Source: a virus | Strand: one strand, 5' to 3' | Length of the DNA stretch: 32,685 nt | IMG/VR virus record: IMGVR_UViG_3300007516_000004 | Span: 1 to 32,685 of that record | In this document: positions 13,961 through 22,692 of the stretch, in pieces | Position numbering within the stretch: the first letter of the stretch is position 1 | Layout: each line of letters opens with the position of its first letter | Made by a program: the position numbers and the translations under genes | Notes under the pieces: generated by a model | Seen by the model: only the letters and a program-made list of their open reading frames with translations | Database searches by the model: none | What the model was told of the DNA's origin: nothing

Positions 13961-16117
13961 TTAGTAATTCAAAAGCTCTAGTTTAGTTTTACCTGTTGTA
14001 ATATCAATAGTCGCATCAATTATAGTGAATTTATTTTCTCCTATTATAATATCATTCTCTAGTCTAAAATCTCTAATTTGTTCAGCGTTTAAAGTTAAGC
14101 TAAAATCTTGCTTCATTACGTTTTGATCTACATATCTTTTAATAATGTCGCTATAATATCTGCTAAATAAATTATCCCTTAAAGCTAAATTGTTTAATAC
14201 CAAAACTGAAAATGCAAAGCTTTTTAAATCGGTTGTATAAGGTAAAACTTGGATGTAGGATGTTATTTCCTGAGTAACTAATCCACCATATAATAAATTA
14301 CTTTGCACCCCGAATGATTTATTTAATGGCTTATTGCCATGCGAATAAAATATAACTAATTCCCCAAAGTTTGGTGTATATCTTGGCTCGCCGGTTTCTA
14401 ATATTTCAGGACTGCCACTTTCAAAACCATACATCGTTGTAATGTCGGCCGCTCCTAATATTCCGACTGGAGGTATCAAAGTAAAATTAGTTTCAACTTT
14501 ATATTCTTTGGAATCTTTCGGCTTTAGTTCTGGAAAATTAACTTGGCCATATTCATTTCCTGAACCTGTTTTGTAATCTACATTTGATTTGAAATTACTA
14601 TCAGCATGCTTTAAAATGTAATAATTGAAATCGTCCTGACTTGACTTTTCAACTTCTTCAATATCGGCTATATATGTAACCTCTTTTTTATTTGCTATAA
14701 TATCTTGTGGCGTGTACCAGTATAAACTATCGTCATCTGGAGTTACGTCTAAGACTGCTATATTAAACGCTTTGAAATAAGATGTCAAAAAGTCAATAAC
14801 TTTAATAGATGGTAAGGCATTAATTAAATTAATAGTAGAACCGCCCATTTGAATATTATTATTATTGAAATTAGAATCATAAAAAAATGTAGATTGTGTT
14901 CTATTTATAATTCCGAAAACTCTAATCTGCTTATAATATTTAAAATTAAATTCAACCTTTGCGTTGCTCCAAATTGCGGAGGTATTAAAGCTAGTTTTTA
15001 TATTAAATTCTAATTCGTTGCTTAATAAAAATATATCTGGTATTTGAACCTCACAAACTAATGTACTACCTGTAATCTCAAAAGTCTGGTCTATGAAAAA
15101 ATCATCGTTTCCCAGCTTGTTTAAAAATATAGTAACGGCTGCTCCTGTTTGAGCATCCATTAAAATAACATTTTCAAAAGTCAAAACCAAAGTAACAAAA
15201 TTTGTATAGTTTGTATCATTGTTATTTCTAACTATCTTAAAACTATTATTTGCTGTGTTTGACGTGATAACATATTTTCTAGGACTTGGTATATTCTCAA
15301 TTCTTATTTCGCTTCTATATTCTAAGAACCCTAAATTTGTTAATAAGATAAAAGTTGATTTAACATTCGATGTCAAAGTGTTTTTAGATAGGCACCAAAT
15401 ATAAGCGTCCTTGTATTCTGTTAAATTTTCTAGCGGAGCGTTAATTAATAAGCCATACTTTTTTTTAATCAACTCGATGACCGTAGAAAAAGAAATTGCA
15501 GGTCTTAGCTCCGCACCTTTTATAACTTTATTTGATGTCGGGGAGTTTGCAGCATCAAAAGCAATATTATCAAATCCTAATCCATTACCGTTGTATTGTA
15601 GAATCCTATTTGTGCTTGCTAATGGCACAAAGTATTTTATTGGCACGCCTTGGATGTTAGTTGATGTAATTGCTTGTAATGAATTTTTAATTACTAAAGG
15701 TGTATAGCTTATAACCTTATCCCCGAGCATGTCGATTGTATCATCCCCTATTTTATCCTTTAAGGATGCCATTGTAGTGGTAAAACTTGCCGTTATAATG
15801 TCTGGTTTACCCATTTTATAAGTGATTTTTTCAAGTTTTAAGATGCCATTTTGATTTAAAAGGCTGTTTACATATACTTTACAGTTCAATTTTCTGTAAT
15901 CAAATGGCTTAATTACGTCCGTATTGCCGAAAAACCCCAAAGAAATTAGATTATTTGGCGTTGCTTTAAAGGTAAAGTTCAAAGAATACGGTGAAAATAT
16001 CTTTGAAATGTCTTGCGTATCTTTGAAAGTGTATCGCATAGGGATGCTTTCGTCATTCTCGAGGTCTAATTTTGAGTAATTTAAGCGGTCTAAAGAAACA
16101 AATACTTCAGTTATCAT
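13961..16117 (-). CDS. Large virion structural protein (718 aa), function unassigned
   Basis: Track ORF, Asn/Ile/Phe-rich and beta-rich, immediately upstream of the tape-measure-like gene. Confidence 0.5.
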   Translation of the reverse strand: MITEVFVSLDRLNYSKLDLENDESIPMRYTFKDTQDISKIFSPYSLNFTFKATPNNLISLGFFGNTDVIKPFDYRKLNCKVYVNSLLNQNGILKLEKITYKMGKPDIITASFTTTMASLKDKIGDDTIDMLGDKVISYTPLVIKNSLQAITSTNIQGVPIKYFVPLASTNRILQYNGNGLGFDNIAFDAANSPTSNKVIKGAELRPAISFSTVIELIKKKYGLLINAPLENLTEYKDAYIWCLSKNTLTSNVKSTFILLTNLGFLEYRSEIRIENIPSPRKYVITSNTANNSFKIVRNNNDTNYTNFVTLVLTFENVILMDAQTGAAVTIFLNKLGNDDFFIDQTFEITGSTLVCEVQIPDIFLLSNELEFNIKTSFNTSAIWSNAKVEFNFKYYKQIRVFGIINRTQSTFFYDSNFNNNNIQMGGSTINLINALPSIKVIDFLTSYFKAFNIAVLDVTPDDDSLYWYTPQDIIANKKEVTYIADIEEVEKSSQDDFNYYILKHADSNFKSNVDYKTGSGNEYGQVNFPELKPKDSKEYKVETNFTLIPPVGILGAADITTMYGFESGSPEILETGEPRYTPNFGELVIFYSHGNKPLNKSFGVQSNLLYGGLVTQEITSYIQVLPYTTDLKSFAFSVLVLNNLALRDNLFSRYYSDIIKRYVDQNVMKQDFSLTLNAEQIRDFRLENDIIIGENKFTIIDATIDITTGKTKLELLNY

Positions 16118-16124
16118 AATTGAA

Positions 16125-17618
16125 CTATCGGATATTTAAAATTTTATTATTAGTTTCCTCAAATTTAAGATTATAATCTATTGCAATCTTATCATTTAGC
16201 CTTGTTTTACGTGTGAAATCTTCATCAACAATAATAACTGGTATCTGCTGATGCGTTTTAAAGCTACCAATATACTCAGCCGTTATACTTTGACTATCAA
16301 TTGTAATTTCGGTGTTATCAATCGTTACAAGCGTGCTATCAATTGTGATGCCTACTGTTGTAACCAGTTCTAAATCTCCTTTAAATCTAATTAAATAAAT
16401 CTTTGGTGAATAAACAAGTTCCTCGACAATTGCAGTCATGTTTTCTTCTAAGCTCCCGGTATTGATTATGTAACTTTGCTTAACCTCTAAAGAGTTGCTA
16501 ATTCGTGAGTGTGTAAAAGTATTATCTACCTGAGATGGGTCTCGGTGTGAAACATTCGCATCGCTTCTTTTAATTGCACTTGATGCTGTAAATTTTCCAT
16601 GTGGTGTAAAGCTTTCCCAAAGTCCTAATTTGTTAATGAATATAATTAATGATGGATCAAGTGTGCATCTTAATTTAGTAGGTGTAACTGGATTATATTT
16701 TACAATATTTGCAGTCGTTCCATTTTCTACTGTCTTAGTGAAATCAAAATCCTGAAAGAAGTAATTAGATATTTTAGGATTATAAAACTTTTCAACCGGT
16801 ACAACAAATCCGCTGGCACCATAATTTTGAACGCCATTGTCCCCGATTATATTCTGCTCATAATTCCACCTATAACCGAGCGTTACAAAATTAGTAGAGG
16901 TAAATGTTTTAACTCCTAAATCTGTTTCTATAACGGCCTGAAGAAATACACCTTGGTTTGTAATCGCTGGAGCTGCTGCTCTATTGTACGCAAAGTTTGG
17001 GTTAATATAAGGACGTATTAAATCGCTTATCTCAATAGATATATAATTATCGGCTTGACTTACCTTTGATTTGTTTAGCGTGATATTAGCTATTGCTAAG
17101 GCTTTGTTTTGTGCACCATCCCAAATAAATAGACTTACTTTGATAGAGGTTTCTAAGCCAATAATAGAATGTCTAATAAACAATGGACTGTTACAAAATT
17201 TAATCTTGCTTGCTGTATCAATTGCCGTTCTATTTATAATCGGCAAATCTTGCGGTAAAGGTGCAACGTCTGGAATGTCGACTGTTGAAATGGTAAATGT
17301 ATATCCTGTACTAATTACGGTTTGCGTAATAATACCTCTAAAGCCTGCATAGTCTGTAAATATTATATTACTGCTAATGCCTTGGAATGAAAATGATAAT
17401 AAGTCTGCCGCTAATGTCGCTGTAAATAAGGCGCTCGGAAATATAGCATTGGTAATAAAATATTGGTGCCATTCATAAATAGATAATCTACTACCGCTAT
17501 CATTTTGAACGCTGATTGAGCCTGGTATTCCTGTTATCGTATCAATATAATAAATTACAAAGCTATCAAGCTTTTGCACCGATAATTGATGTTCAACATT
17601 AATCTTACTTACTACCAT
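16125..17618 (-). CDS. Virion structural protein (497 aa), function unassigned
   Basis: Track ORF, beta-rich, following the gp10-like pair. Confidence 0.5.
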   Translation of the reverse strand: MVVSKINVEHQLSVQKLDSFVIYYIDTITGIPGSISVQNDSGSRLSIYEWHQYFITNAIFPSALFTATLAADLLSFSFQGISSNIIFTDYAGFRGIITQTVISTGYTFTISTVDIPDVAPLPQDLPIINRTAIDTASKIKFCNSPLFIRHSIIGLETSIKVSLFIWDGAQNKALAIANITLNKSKVSQADNYISIEISDLIRPYINPNFAYNRAAAPAITNQGVFLQAVIETDLGVKTFTSTNFVTLGYRWNYEQNIIGDNGVQNYGASGFVVPVEKFYNPKISNYFFQDFDFTKTVENGTTANIVKYNPVTPTKLRCTLDPSLIIFINKLGLWESFTPHGKFTASSAIKRSDANVSHRDPSQVDNTFTHSRISNSLEVKQSYIINTGSLEENMTAIVEELVYSPKIYLIRFKGDLELVTTVGITIDSTLVTIDNTEITIDSQSITAEYIGSFKTHQQIPVIIVDEDFTRKTRLNDKIAIDYNLKFEETNNKILNIR

Positions 17619-17970
17619 AACCGCTTGATATTTTTTCCATTATTTGACTAACTACTATATTAACACTATCGTCTAAATTGTCATTAATTGCCTCCTGTAA
17701 TTCATTTGGTGCCTGAAACTCTCCGTAATAAACCTGAACTAAAAGCAAAACTGTATCGGTTAATGGCTTATAGTTTACGGAATCTCTTAAAGTTCCGCCC
17801 GCTTTTCTCAAACTACCTTTTGAACCTACTCTATCTGTTAAATAAAATTGATCTTTTGCAACACGTGACTGGTCTTTGGCTTGCTGATAAACCTTTTCGC
17901 CCAGTTCCATTAACTCGGCTCTTATAATTTTATCCGCTTTTACCTGATCCTTAGTCCTTCTTTTTGCCAC
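17605..17970 (-). CDS. HK97 gp10-like tail-completion / head-tail joining protein, paralog 2
   Basis: GTLRDSVNYKP...LLVQVYYGEFQ parallels DTGFLRRSISYTV...IFVQVFYGEFK of the adjacent ORF. Confidence 0.5.
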   Translation of the reverse strand: MAKRRTKDQVKADKIIRAELMELGEKVYQQAKDQSRVAKDQFYLTDRVGSKGSLRKAGGTLRDSVNYKPLTDTVLLLVQVYYGEFQAPNELQEAINDNLDDSVNIVVSQIMEKISSGYGSK

Positions 17971-18328
17971 TATTTCTAATTCTATTTATCAAGCTAGATA
18001 CTGCTGTTGTGCTTTGCCTTAGTTTACCTACTATGCTACCTAAAGAGTTCCTACCTGTGTTAATCTTGCCTTCTTCTAAGATACGTCTATTAACATCGGT
18101 GTATCTTATACGCCACTTTACACCGCCTGGCATTAATCTTCTTGCGTTCGATTCTAGCTTTGAATTATTTTTAAACTCACCATAAAAAACCTGAACAAAT
18201 ATATAAACATCCTTTTCAACTGTGTAAGAAATAGAACGTCTTAAAAATCCAGTATCAACTCTTGCAGAAGATTTGGAAAGGTCGACTACCTTTTGTGCAA
18301 TCGCTCGAATCTCTTTAGTTTCTAGCAT
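17951..18328 (-). CDS. HK97 gp10-like tail-completion / head-tail joining protein, paralog 1
   Basis: DTGFLRRSISY is the characteristic DTG.LR.SI motif of the HK97-gp10 family. Confidence 0.55.
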   Translation of the reverse strand: MLETKEIRAIAQKVVDLSKSSARVDTGFLRRSISYTVEKDVYIFVQVFYGEFKNNSKLESNARRLMPGGVKWRIRYTDVNRRILEEGKINTGRNSLGSIVGKLRQSTTAVSSLINRIRNSGKKKD

Positions 18329-18774
18329 CCGCTGCCTCTATTTGGTATTGATAGTTCAATTGTTATCTGATGACCATCTAAACCGTTCTTATTAAAATCC
18401 TGTAAAACTGTTGTTGTTGTCTGGCTAAAAAGTTCTATATTATTATCAAAGTTATTTGCTTTAAATTGGTTTAAGAATCTAGTTAAAACTGATAAAGTTT
18501 CGTTCCAATTGTCTATTAAGTTAATATCTAATCTTAATTTACTGTCTAGCTTTACAGGCTTAATATCTCGTTGCTGTACTGCTGTGATTAAATACCTTGC
18601 TACTATTGCATCTTCTAAAATCTCGCTTTGTAGATAGTCTAAATTGACTAGCATGTAAATATTTTCTTTGTTGTTGTCCATGTTCTTAGTCTGTACCATA
18701 GATATGGTATTAACTAAGTCGTCCGCTTCAAATTGGTTTACTAAGAATGTGGTTAATAATGATAGCTCGTTCAT
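18322..18774 (-). CDS. Hypothetical virion-module protein (150 aa)
   Basis: Track ORF. Its ATG overlaps the TGA of the upstream tiny ORF. Confidence 0.5.
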   Translation of the reverse strand: MNELSLLTTFLVNQFEADDLVNTISMVQTKNMDNNKENIYMLVNLDYLQSEILEDAIVARYLITAVQQRDIKPVKLDSKLRLDINLIDNWNETLSVLTRFLNQFKANNFDNNIELFSQTTTTVLQDFNKNGLDGHQITIELSIPNRGSGC

Positions 18775-18884
18775 TTTATAAAACTAGATTTATTTTCTTC
18801 ATGTCTAAATTCAAAAAATATAGGTTCAATTAACCAGCATTTAAAACCTAAACAAATACTTGCTATTTTAAGTTTTAGTTTCAT
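18771..18884 (-). CDS. Tiny ORF (37 aa), hypothetical
   Basis: Below the track cutoff. MKLKLKIASICLGFKCWLIEPIFFEFRHEENKSSFIK. ATGA overlap with 18322..18774. Confidence 0.3.
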   Translation of the reverse strand: MKLKLKIASICLGFKCWLIEPIFFEFRHEENKSSFIK

Positions 18885-18885
18885 T

Positions 18886-18987
18886 TTACTTTAAATTTTC
18901 TGCAATTAAAAAAGACAAAAATAATGCGAAACTTAAAACAGATACGCATAATAAAACAAAGCCTAAATGTTTAATAAAACTATCCAT
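18886..18987 (-). CDS. Tiny membrane ORF (33 aa), hypothetical
   Basis: Below the track cutoff. MDSFIKHLGFVLLCVSVLSFALFLSFLIAENLK has one TM helix. Its ATG is 9 nt after the stop of 18997..19479. Confidence 0.3.
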   Translation of the reverse strand: MDSFIKHLGFVLLCVSVLSFALFLSFLIAENLK

Positions 18988-18996
18988 ATAATTAAT

Positions 18997-19479
18997 TTAC
19001 TTTAAATTTTCAACTGTTTTCTTCCTCAATAAATATTCAGACCAAAAAAGGAAATATTTTGTATCATATTCAAATACTACCTTTGGACTAACTCCCTCAA
19101 ATGTAGCACAAATATAAATCATTTCCATATAACCACCGTAATCCTTTGCAAAGTTTTCACGTTCGATGCTGCCTTGCGTAATTTCTCCAGTACTCGGAAA
19201 TCTTGGAGGGTTATATATCCACGGAAAACTATCTTTTACTTCTTGGCTTTCAATCATATACAAAGCAACAGCAAATGTTTTTACATTTTCTGGAATCTTT
19301 AAAAATGGTATTCTGCTTTTTACCGTTGCTTTGACGAATGATTGATCGTCCTCCTCTTTAATAAATGTTTCTAAATCTATAAAGCGACCAGCTTTTTTAA
19401 ACGATACATCAATTTTAAATAAGACTTTGATATTTAAAAACAATATTAAGCCTTTCCAAATTTGTTTCTGCATCGCCAA
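18997..19479 (-). CDS. Hypothetical protein (about 158-160 aa)
   Basis: Track ORF. The track start at 19479 is TTG; the first ATG is at 19473. Overlaps 19415..19597 by about 60 nt. Confidence 0.5.
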   Translation of the reverse strand: MAMQKQIWKGLILFLNIKVLFKIDVSFKKAGRFIDLETFIKEEDDQSFVKATVKSRIPFLKIPENVKTFAVALYMIESQEVKDSFPWIYNPPRFPSTGEITQGSIERENFAKDYGGYMEMIYICATFEGVSPKVVFEYDTKYFLFWSEYLLRKKTVENLK

Positions 19480-19597
19480 ATAATTCTTTTAAAGTTTTTA
19501 AATTTTTTAATTCGCTTTTATTTAGCTTTCGGTAATCGGTCTGCAAAAAAGGGAATAGCCTTTGTAAATGCAAGCGGTTTGTTTCTTTCTGTGTCAT
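19415..19597 (-). CDS. Hypothetical protein (60 aa)
   Basis: Track ORF, 4-nt overlap with the upstream ORF. Confidence 0.4.
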   Translation of the reverse strand: MTQKETNRLHLQRLFPFLQTDYRKLNKSELKNLKTLKELFGDAETNLERLNIVFKYQSLI

Positions 19598-19785
19598 GGT
19601 TTTTTAAAATTATTAATGTCAAGTTCTTTTAGGGTTGCAATAGTTGCTTCTATTTCGCCACTGTCGGCATCTGCCATGTCATCAAATGAATAAATAAAAT
19701 GATCGTTTCTGAAAATATTATGATGTCTGTAAATGTGATAGCCGTTCAATTTTAGCCACTCATAAAAATCATTCCAATTTGTCAT
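19594..19785 (-). CDS. Hypothetical protein (63 aa)
   Basis: Track ORF, 4-nt overlap with terL. Confidence 0.45.
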   Translation of the reverse strand: MTNWNDFYEWLKLNGYHIYRHHNIFRNDHFIYSFDDMADADSGEIEATIATLKELDINNFKKP

Positions 19786-21014
19786 AATGGCATTGGTGTT
19801 TTTTTGGTTAACGTTTCCATCTCGTGATACCTAACTGCATCAATTGCGTGGTTAAAGTCATCAATTGGTTTATTTACTTTTAATCCTGTTTGCTTATCCT
19901 TATCCCAGCTATACTTTCTAAACTCTGAAATTAGATTAACGCTTTGCGAAGTTACTAAATATTCATTCGTTTGCATTATTTGAATCCCAAAATTAACAGA
20001 TCCTGGTCCTTTCTTAACTCCGATTGATCTAATGCCTAGTTTTTTTAATTCTGCTATTGATTTTGGTTCTGCAGAATCACAATAACAAGGCAATCTTTGG
20101 TTAATTCTTTTAGCTATTTGACTATTAGTTAATTCTTTTTGATAACAAATTTCATTTAATATCCTTTGACCGTTCCATTTGTAAACCTCAACTATGGCAG
20201 TCGGATCGTTTGTATATCCAAAATCTAAACCGTAACCAATCAAAATAGCATCCTCAGGTAAATTATCAATTATTTTCCAATTGTTAAATATTACACCTTC
20301 TAAATTACCTATTAACCCTAAACCGTAAACCCTCCACCAATTAGACCAATATCCGTTTTTAATATTGTTTTCTGCAAATAATTCTGTAAAATCTAAATCT
20401 TGATATTTATAGAATCCTTTTTTTAAAGCTTTTTCTATTTCCTTAATAATAGATAAACTTAACCCTTCATTGTCTTTATATGTTAAGGTTATTTCTTCGC
20501 TATCTTCATCGTCTTTTAGCTCGGTGTTTATCCAAAATTCATTTGAGGGATTGTAATCGAGCCAAATTTCTAAGTCTGTCCTAATCGCTAATTGATGGTA
20601 AGTTTCGAATTTTATATTGTTACACTCATTTATGTACAGAATATTTCGCCTTGGCCCTCTGACTTTATCTTCTTGATCTGCACTAAAAAATTCAATATAG
20701 CTACCACTAATAAAATGATAAGTTAATAAGGTTCTATTCCAGTTGCCATCTATATACCTACCTGTTGCCCTCATTATCTTCAAAAAGTCTTTTATTGCGC
20801 CTTTTCTTAAATGTGGTATAGACTCGGAAACTACCGAAATTTCTAATAAATTATTTCTTGCTGCTTTGTCAATTAGTATAGGTAAAACACCGTAAGTTTT
20901 ACCCGCTGAGGTTCCACCAGGTATTTTTTTTATACGCTTTGTTAGTTTGCGTAATTTTTTTATTGCTGTTGTATAAATAAATCCGTTAGCTTCTTTAGTC
21001 GTTGTCATCCCCAA
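19782..21014 (-). CDS. terL: Terminase large subunit
   Basis: Walker A PGGTSAGKTYGV near the N-terminus, 410 aa, C-terminal nuclease-like region with conserved acidic residues (DYNP, DSAEP). Preceded by a small-subunit candidate. Confidence 0.85.
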   Translation of the reverse strand: MGMTTTKEANGFIYTTAIKKLRKLTKRIKKIPGGTSAGKTYGVLPILIDKAARNNLLEISVVSESIPHLRKGAIKDFLKIMRATGRYIDGNWNRTLLTYHFISGSYIEFFSADQEDKVRGPRRNILYINECNNIKFETYHQLAIRTDLEIWLDYNPSNEFWINTELKDDEDSEEITLTYKDNEGLSLSIIKEIEKALKKGFYKYQDLDFTELFAENNIKNGYWSNWWRVYGLGLIGNLEGVIFNNWKIIDNLPEDAILIGYGLDFGYTNDPTAIVEVYKWNGQRILNEICYQKELTNSQIAKRINQRLPCYCDSAEPKSIAELKKLGIRSIGVKKGPGSVNFGIQIMQTNEYLVTSQSVNLISEFRKYSWDKDKQTGLKVNKPIDDFNHAIDAVRYHEMETLTKKTPMPL

Positions 21015-21414
21015 ATAATGGTTGCTCTACAATTTGTTTGTTTTCTGTTTTATCAACTAGACCGTTTAACCGTTGTGTAATTGATGAATTATAAAAACCT
21101 AATAAACCACCGGTTATTTGATTTTCTCTTATTTCGGTCTTTATACGCGTACAGATACCAATAAAGTCATTGTAACAAGCGTCTTGATTTGTAAAATATT
21201 GTTCGATGCAACCTATATTTTCATCCCAGCAATATCGTTTAAAACCCTCAAGTGTCATTGGTAATTTTTGCGCATCAGTTACCCTATCGCCCTCTTTGCC
21301 CACATATTGAACTTTAAGCCACTGCTCGGCTCTTTTTTCTAAGTCAAACTTATATCCGTCAAAAACAAGTTTCAGGTCGGCAGGTTTTTTAAAAATGCGT
21401 GTTGGGTGCGCCAT
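20995..21414 (-). CDS. terS: Terminase small subunit candidate
   Basis: 139 aa directly upstream of and overlapping terL. KLPMTLEGFKRYC resembles the P.T..G...YLG segment of gp3-type packaging proteins. Confidence 0.5.
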   Translation of the reverse strand: MAHPTRIFKKPADLKLVFDGYKFDLEKRAEQWLKVQYVGKEGDRVTDAQKLPMTLEGFKRYCWDENIGCIEQYFTNQDACYNDFIGICTRIKTEIRENQITGGLLGFYNSSITQRLNGLVDKTENKQIVEQPLFGDDND

Positions 21415-21419
21415 AACAT

Positions 21420-21450
21420 CAAAAATACAAATTATCGTTTATAAAACAAA
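21420..21450 (-). promoter_or_regulatory. Promoter P5 (consensus -33/-7, without the AGTTTCAAA block), directly upstream of terS
   Basis: Minus strand: TTTG(21450..21447)-ttttataaacgataatttg-TATTTTTG(21427..21420), 19-nt spacer. Only 5 nt separate the -7 box from the ATG at 21414. Confidence 0.55.
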
Positions 21451-21460
21451 ACGGCATTAA

Positions 21461-21640
21461 CTAAGCCGGTTGCTTCCATTTTATTATTTGATTTTGTTTT
21501 ATTCCCATTAAATTCCTGACTACCCTATAACCGCTTTCACTTTCGTAAAGTCCGTAAGGACGTTCAACCTTGATAAGAGTTTCAATTTCGCCGTTGTTTA
21601 CTTTTATCTGAGTACCTAAATCTGTTAGTCTTTGTTCCAT
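21461..21640 (-). CDS. Hypothetical protein (59 aa)
   Basis: One residue below the track cutoff. MEQRLTDLGTQIKVNNGEIETLIKVERPYGLYESESGYRVVRNLMGIKQNQIIKWKQPA. Overlaps the upstream ORF by 16 nt. Confidence 0.4.
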   Translation of the reverse strand: MEQRLTDLGTQIKVNNGEIETLIKVERPYGLYESESGYRVVRNLMGIKQNQIIKWKQPA

Positions 21641-21879
21641 AATATCGGTGTGTTACTTATTACGTGCTTTATTTCATCAAAAGTAGGTTTGCTATTTAAT
21701 GATAACATAACTTTAACATTTAAACAAGCATCGATTAAGGCTTGGTTTGCTACTTCTTTTGCATATAATTCAATAATTTCCTTTGTGAAATCTGATTTTT
21801 CGTAAGGGAATAAACTATCCCAATAAACGCCAAAGGTTTTATATGCAACCTCGTTTTTTATTTCATCTAATGTTTTCAT
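21625..21879 (-). CDS. Hypothetical protein (84 aa)
   Basis: Track ORF. Confidence 0.5.
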   Translation of the reverse strand: MKTLDEIKNEVAYKTFGVYWDSLFPYEKSDFTKEIIELYAKEVANQALIDACLNVKVMLSLNSKPTFDEIKHVISNTPILWNKD

Positions 21880-22085
21880 ACCAATATATCAAGATAAAAA
21901 TTAATTTTCGATTTTAGGTTTTTCTGCATTAAGGCGATATTAGCATCTGTAAAGCGTTTATACTGTTTCCCCGACAACTTATTCATATATCCTTGGTGCG
22001 TTACCTCCATGAGCTCTGCCATCGCTTTGTTGGTCAATCCGAAGTAGTCCTGTACTTCGGATTGTTTTAGGTGGTTTGGGGTCAT
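21876..22085 (-). CDS. Small HTH DNA-binding protein (69 aa)
   Basis: SEVQDYFGLTNKAMAELMEVTHQGYMNKLSG has a helix-turn-helix pattern. Confidence 0.45.
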   Translation of the reverse strand: MTPNHLKQSEVQDYFGLTNKAMAELMEVTHQGYMNKLSGKQYKRFTDANIALMQKNLKSKINFYLDILV

Positions 22086-22279
22086 TTTAGTTTATTTGGG
22101 TCGGTTTCATTAAAAATATGCTGTGCAATTCCTATTTGCTGCATCCAAAGTTCACTTTCTGTTTGCATTTTATGGTTTAAACAAACATTTAATAACTTAC
22201 CTAAAGCATTTCTCAGCTTTATGTTTTCATCTGTAATATGAATAATTATTCTTGATGCTTTAGTAAATGAATCGTCCAT
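22082..22279 (-). CDS. Hypothetical protein (65 aa from the first ATG)
   Basis: The track ORF 22082..22300 begins with TTG. The first ATG is at 22279 (MDDSFTK...). Confidence 0.45.
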   Translation of the reverse strand: MDDSFTKASRIIIHITDENIKLRNALGKLLNVCLNHKMQTESELWMQQIGIAQHIFNETDPNKLK

Positions 22280-22289
22280 TGTTTTTAGT

Positions 22290-22448
22290 TTAAAACTCAA
22301 AAAGTGTTTTAATTGTTAAAATCCATCCAATATCAGCTTTTGTTTTTATGCACTTAGAGTCTAAATAAACATCGTATTTATCGTTTTTAAGATAACAAGA
22401 GAATTGATGTTTAAACTCTCTTGTTGTGAACTCTATAACTTTATCCAT
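22290..22448 (-). CDS. Hypothetical protein (52 aa)
   Basis: Below the track cutoff. Its ATG shares one base with the TGA of 22448..22648. MDKVIEFTTREFKHQFSCYLKNDKYDVYLDSKCIKTKADIGWILTIKTLFEF. Confidence 0.35.
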   Translation of the reverse strand: MDKVIEFTTREFKHQFSCYLKNDKYDVYLDSKCIKTKADIGWILTIKTLFEF

Positions 22449-22648
22449 CATAATATCAATCCAACTGTTAAATCTTGTTCATCACACACTATTTCTGCTT
22501 TTAGCTTTGATAAAACTTTTTTAAGCTTTAAAACGTCTTCAATTGAAACGCAATACAAAATTATAGTTCCGTAAGTAACCAATGAATTTTTTAAGGTAAT
22601 GCCGTATTTTTTTGTTTCTTTGGTAATTTGATTTGCTAAATTTTTCAT
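22448..22648 (-). CDS. Hypothetical protein (66 aa)
   Basis: Track ORF. A perfect -7 box TATATTTG (rc of 22679..22686) lies 30 nt upstream, but the -33 position reads TTCG. Confidence 0.45.
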   Translation of the reverse strand: MKNLANQITKETKKYGITLKNSLVTYGTIILYCVSIEDVLKLKKVLSKLKAEIVCDEQDLTVGLIL

Positions 22649-22692
22649 GTCTTTTATTTTTTAGTGTTTTGCTATGCTCAAATATAAGGTTA

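Noticed and set aside
19415-19479. Programmed frameshift joining ORF 19415..19597 to ORF 18997..19479
   Set aside because: The downstream frame is +1 relative to the upstream one. I see no X XXY YYZ slippery heptamer in the correct phase (the GTT TTT AAA run does not fit). An in-frame ATG (19473) allows independent initiation.
22280-22300. TTG-initiated N-terminus of track ORF 22082..22300
   Set aside because: It would overlap the 52-aa ORF ending at 22290. The first ATG, at 22279, gives a compact, non-overlapping arrangement.
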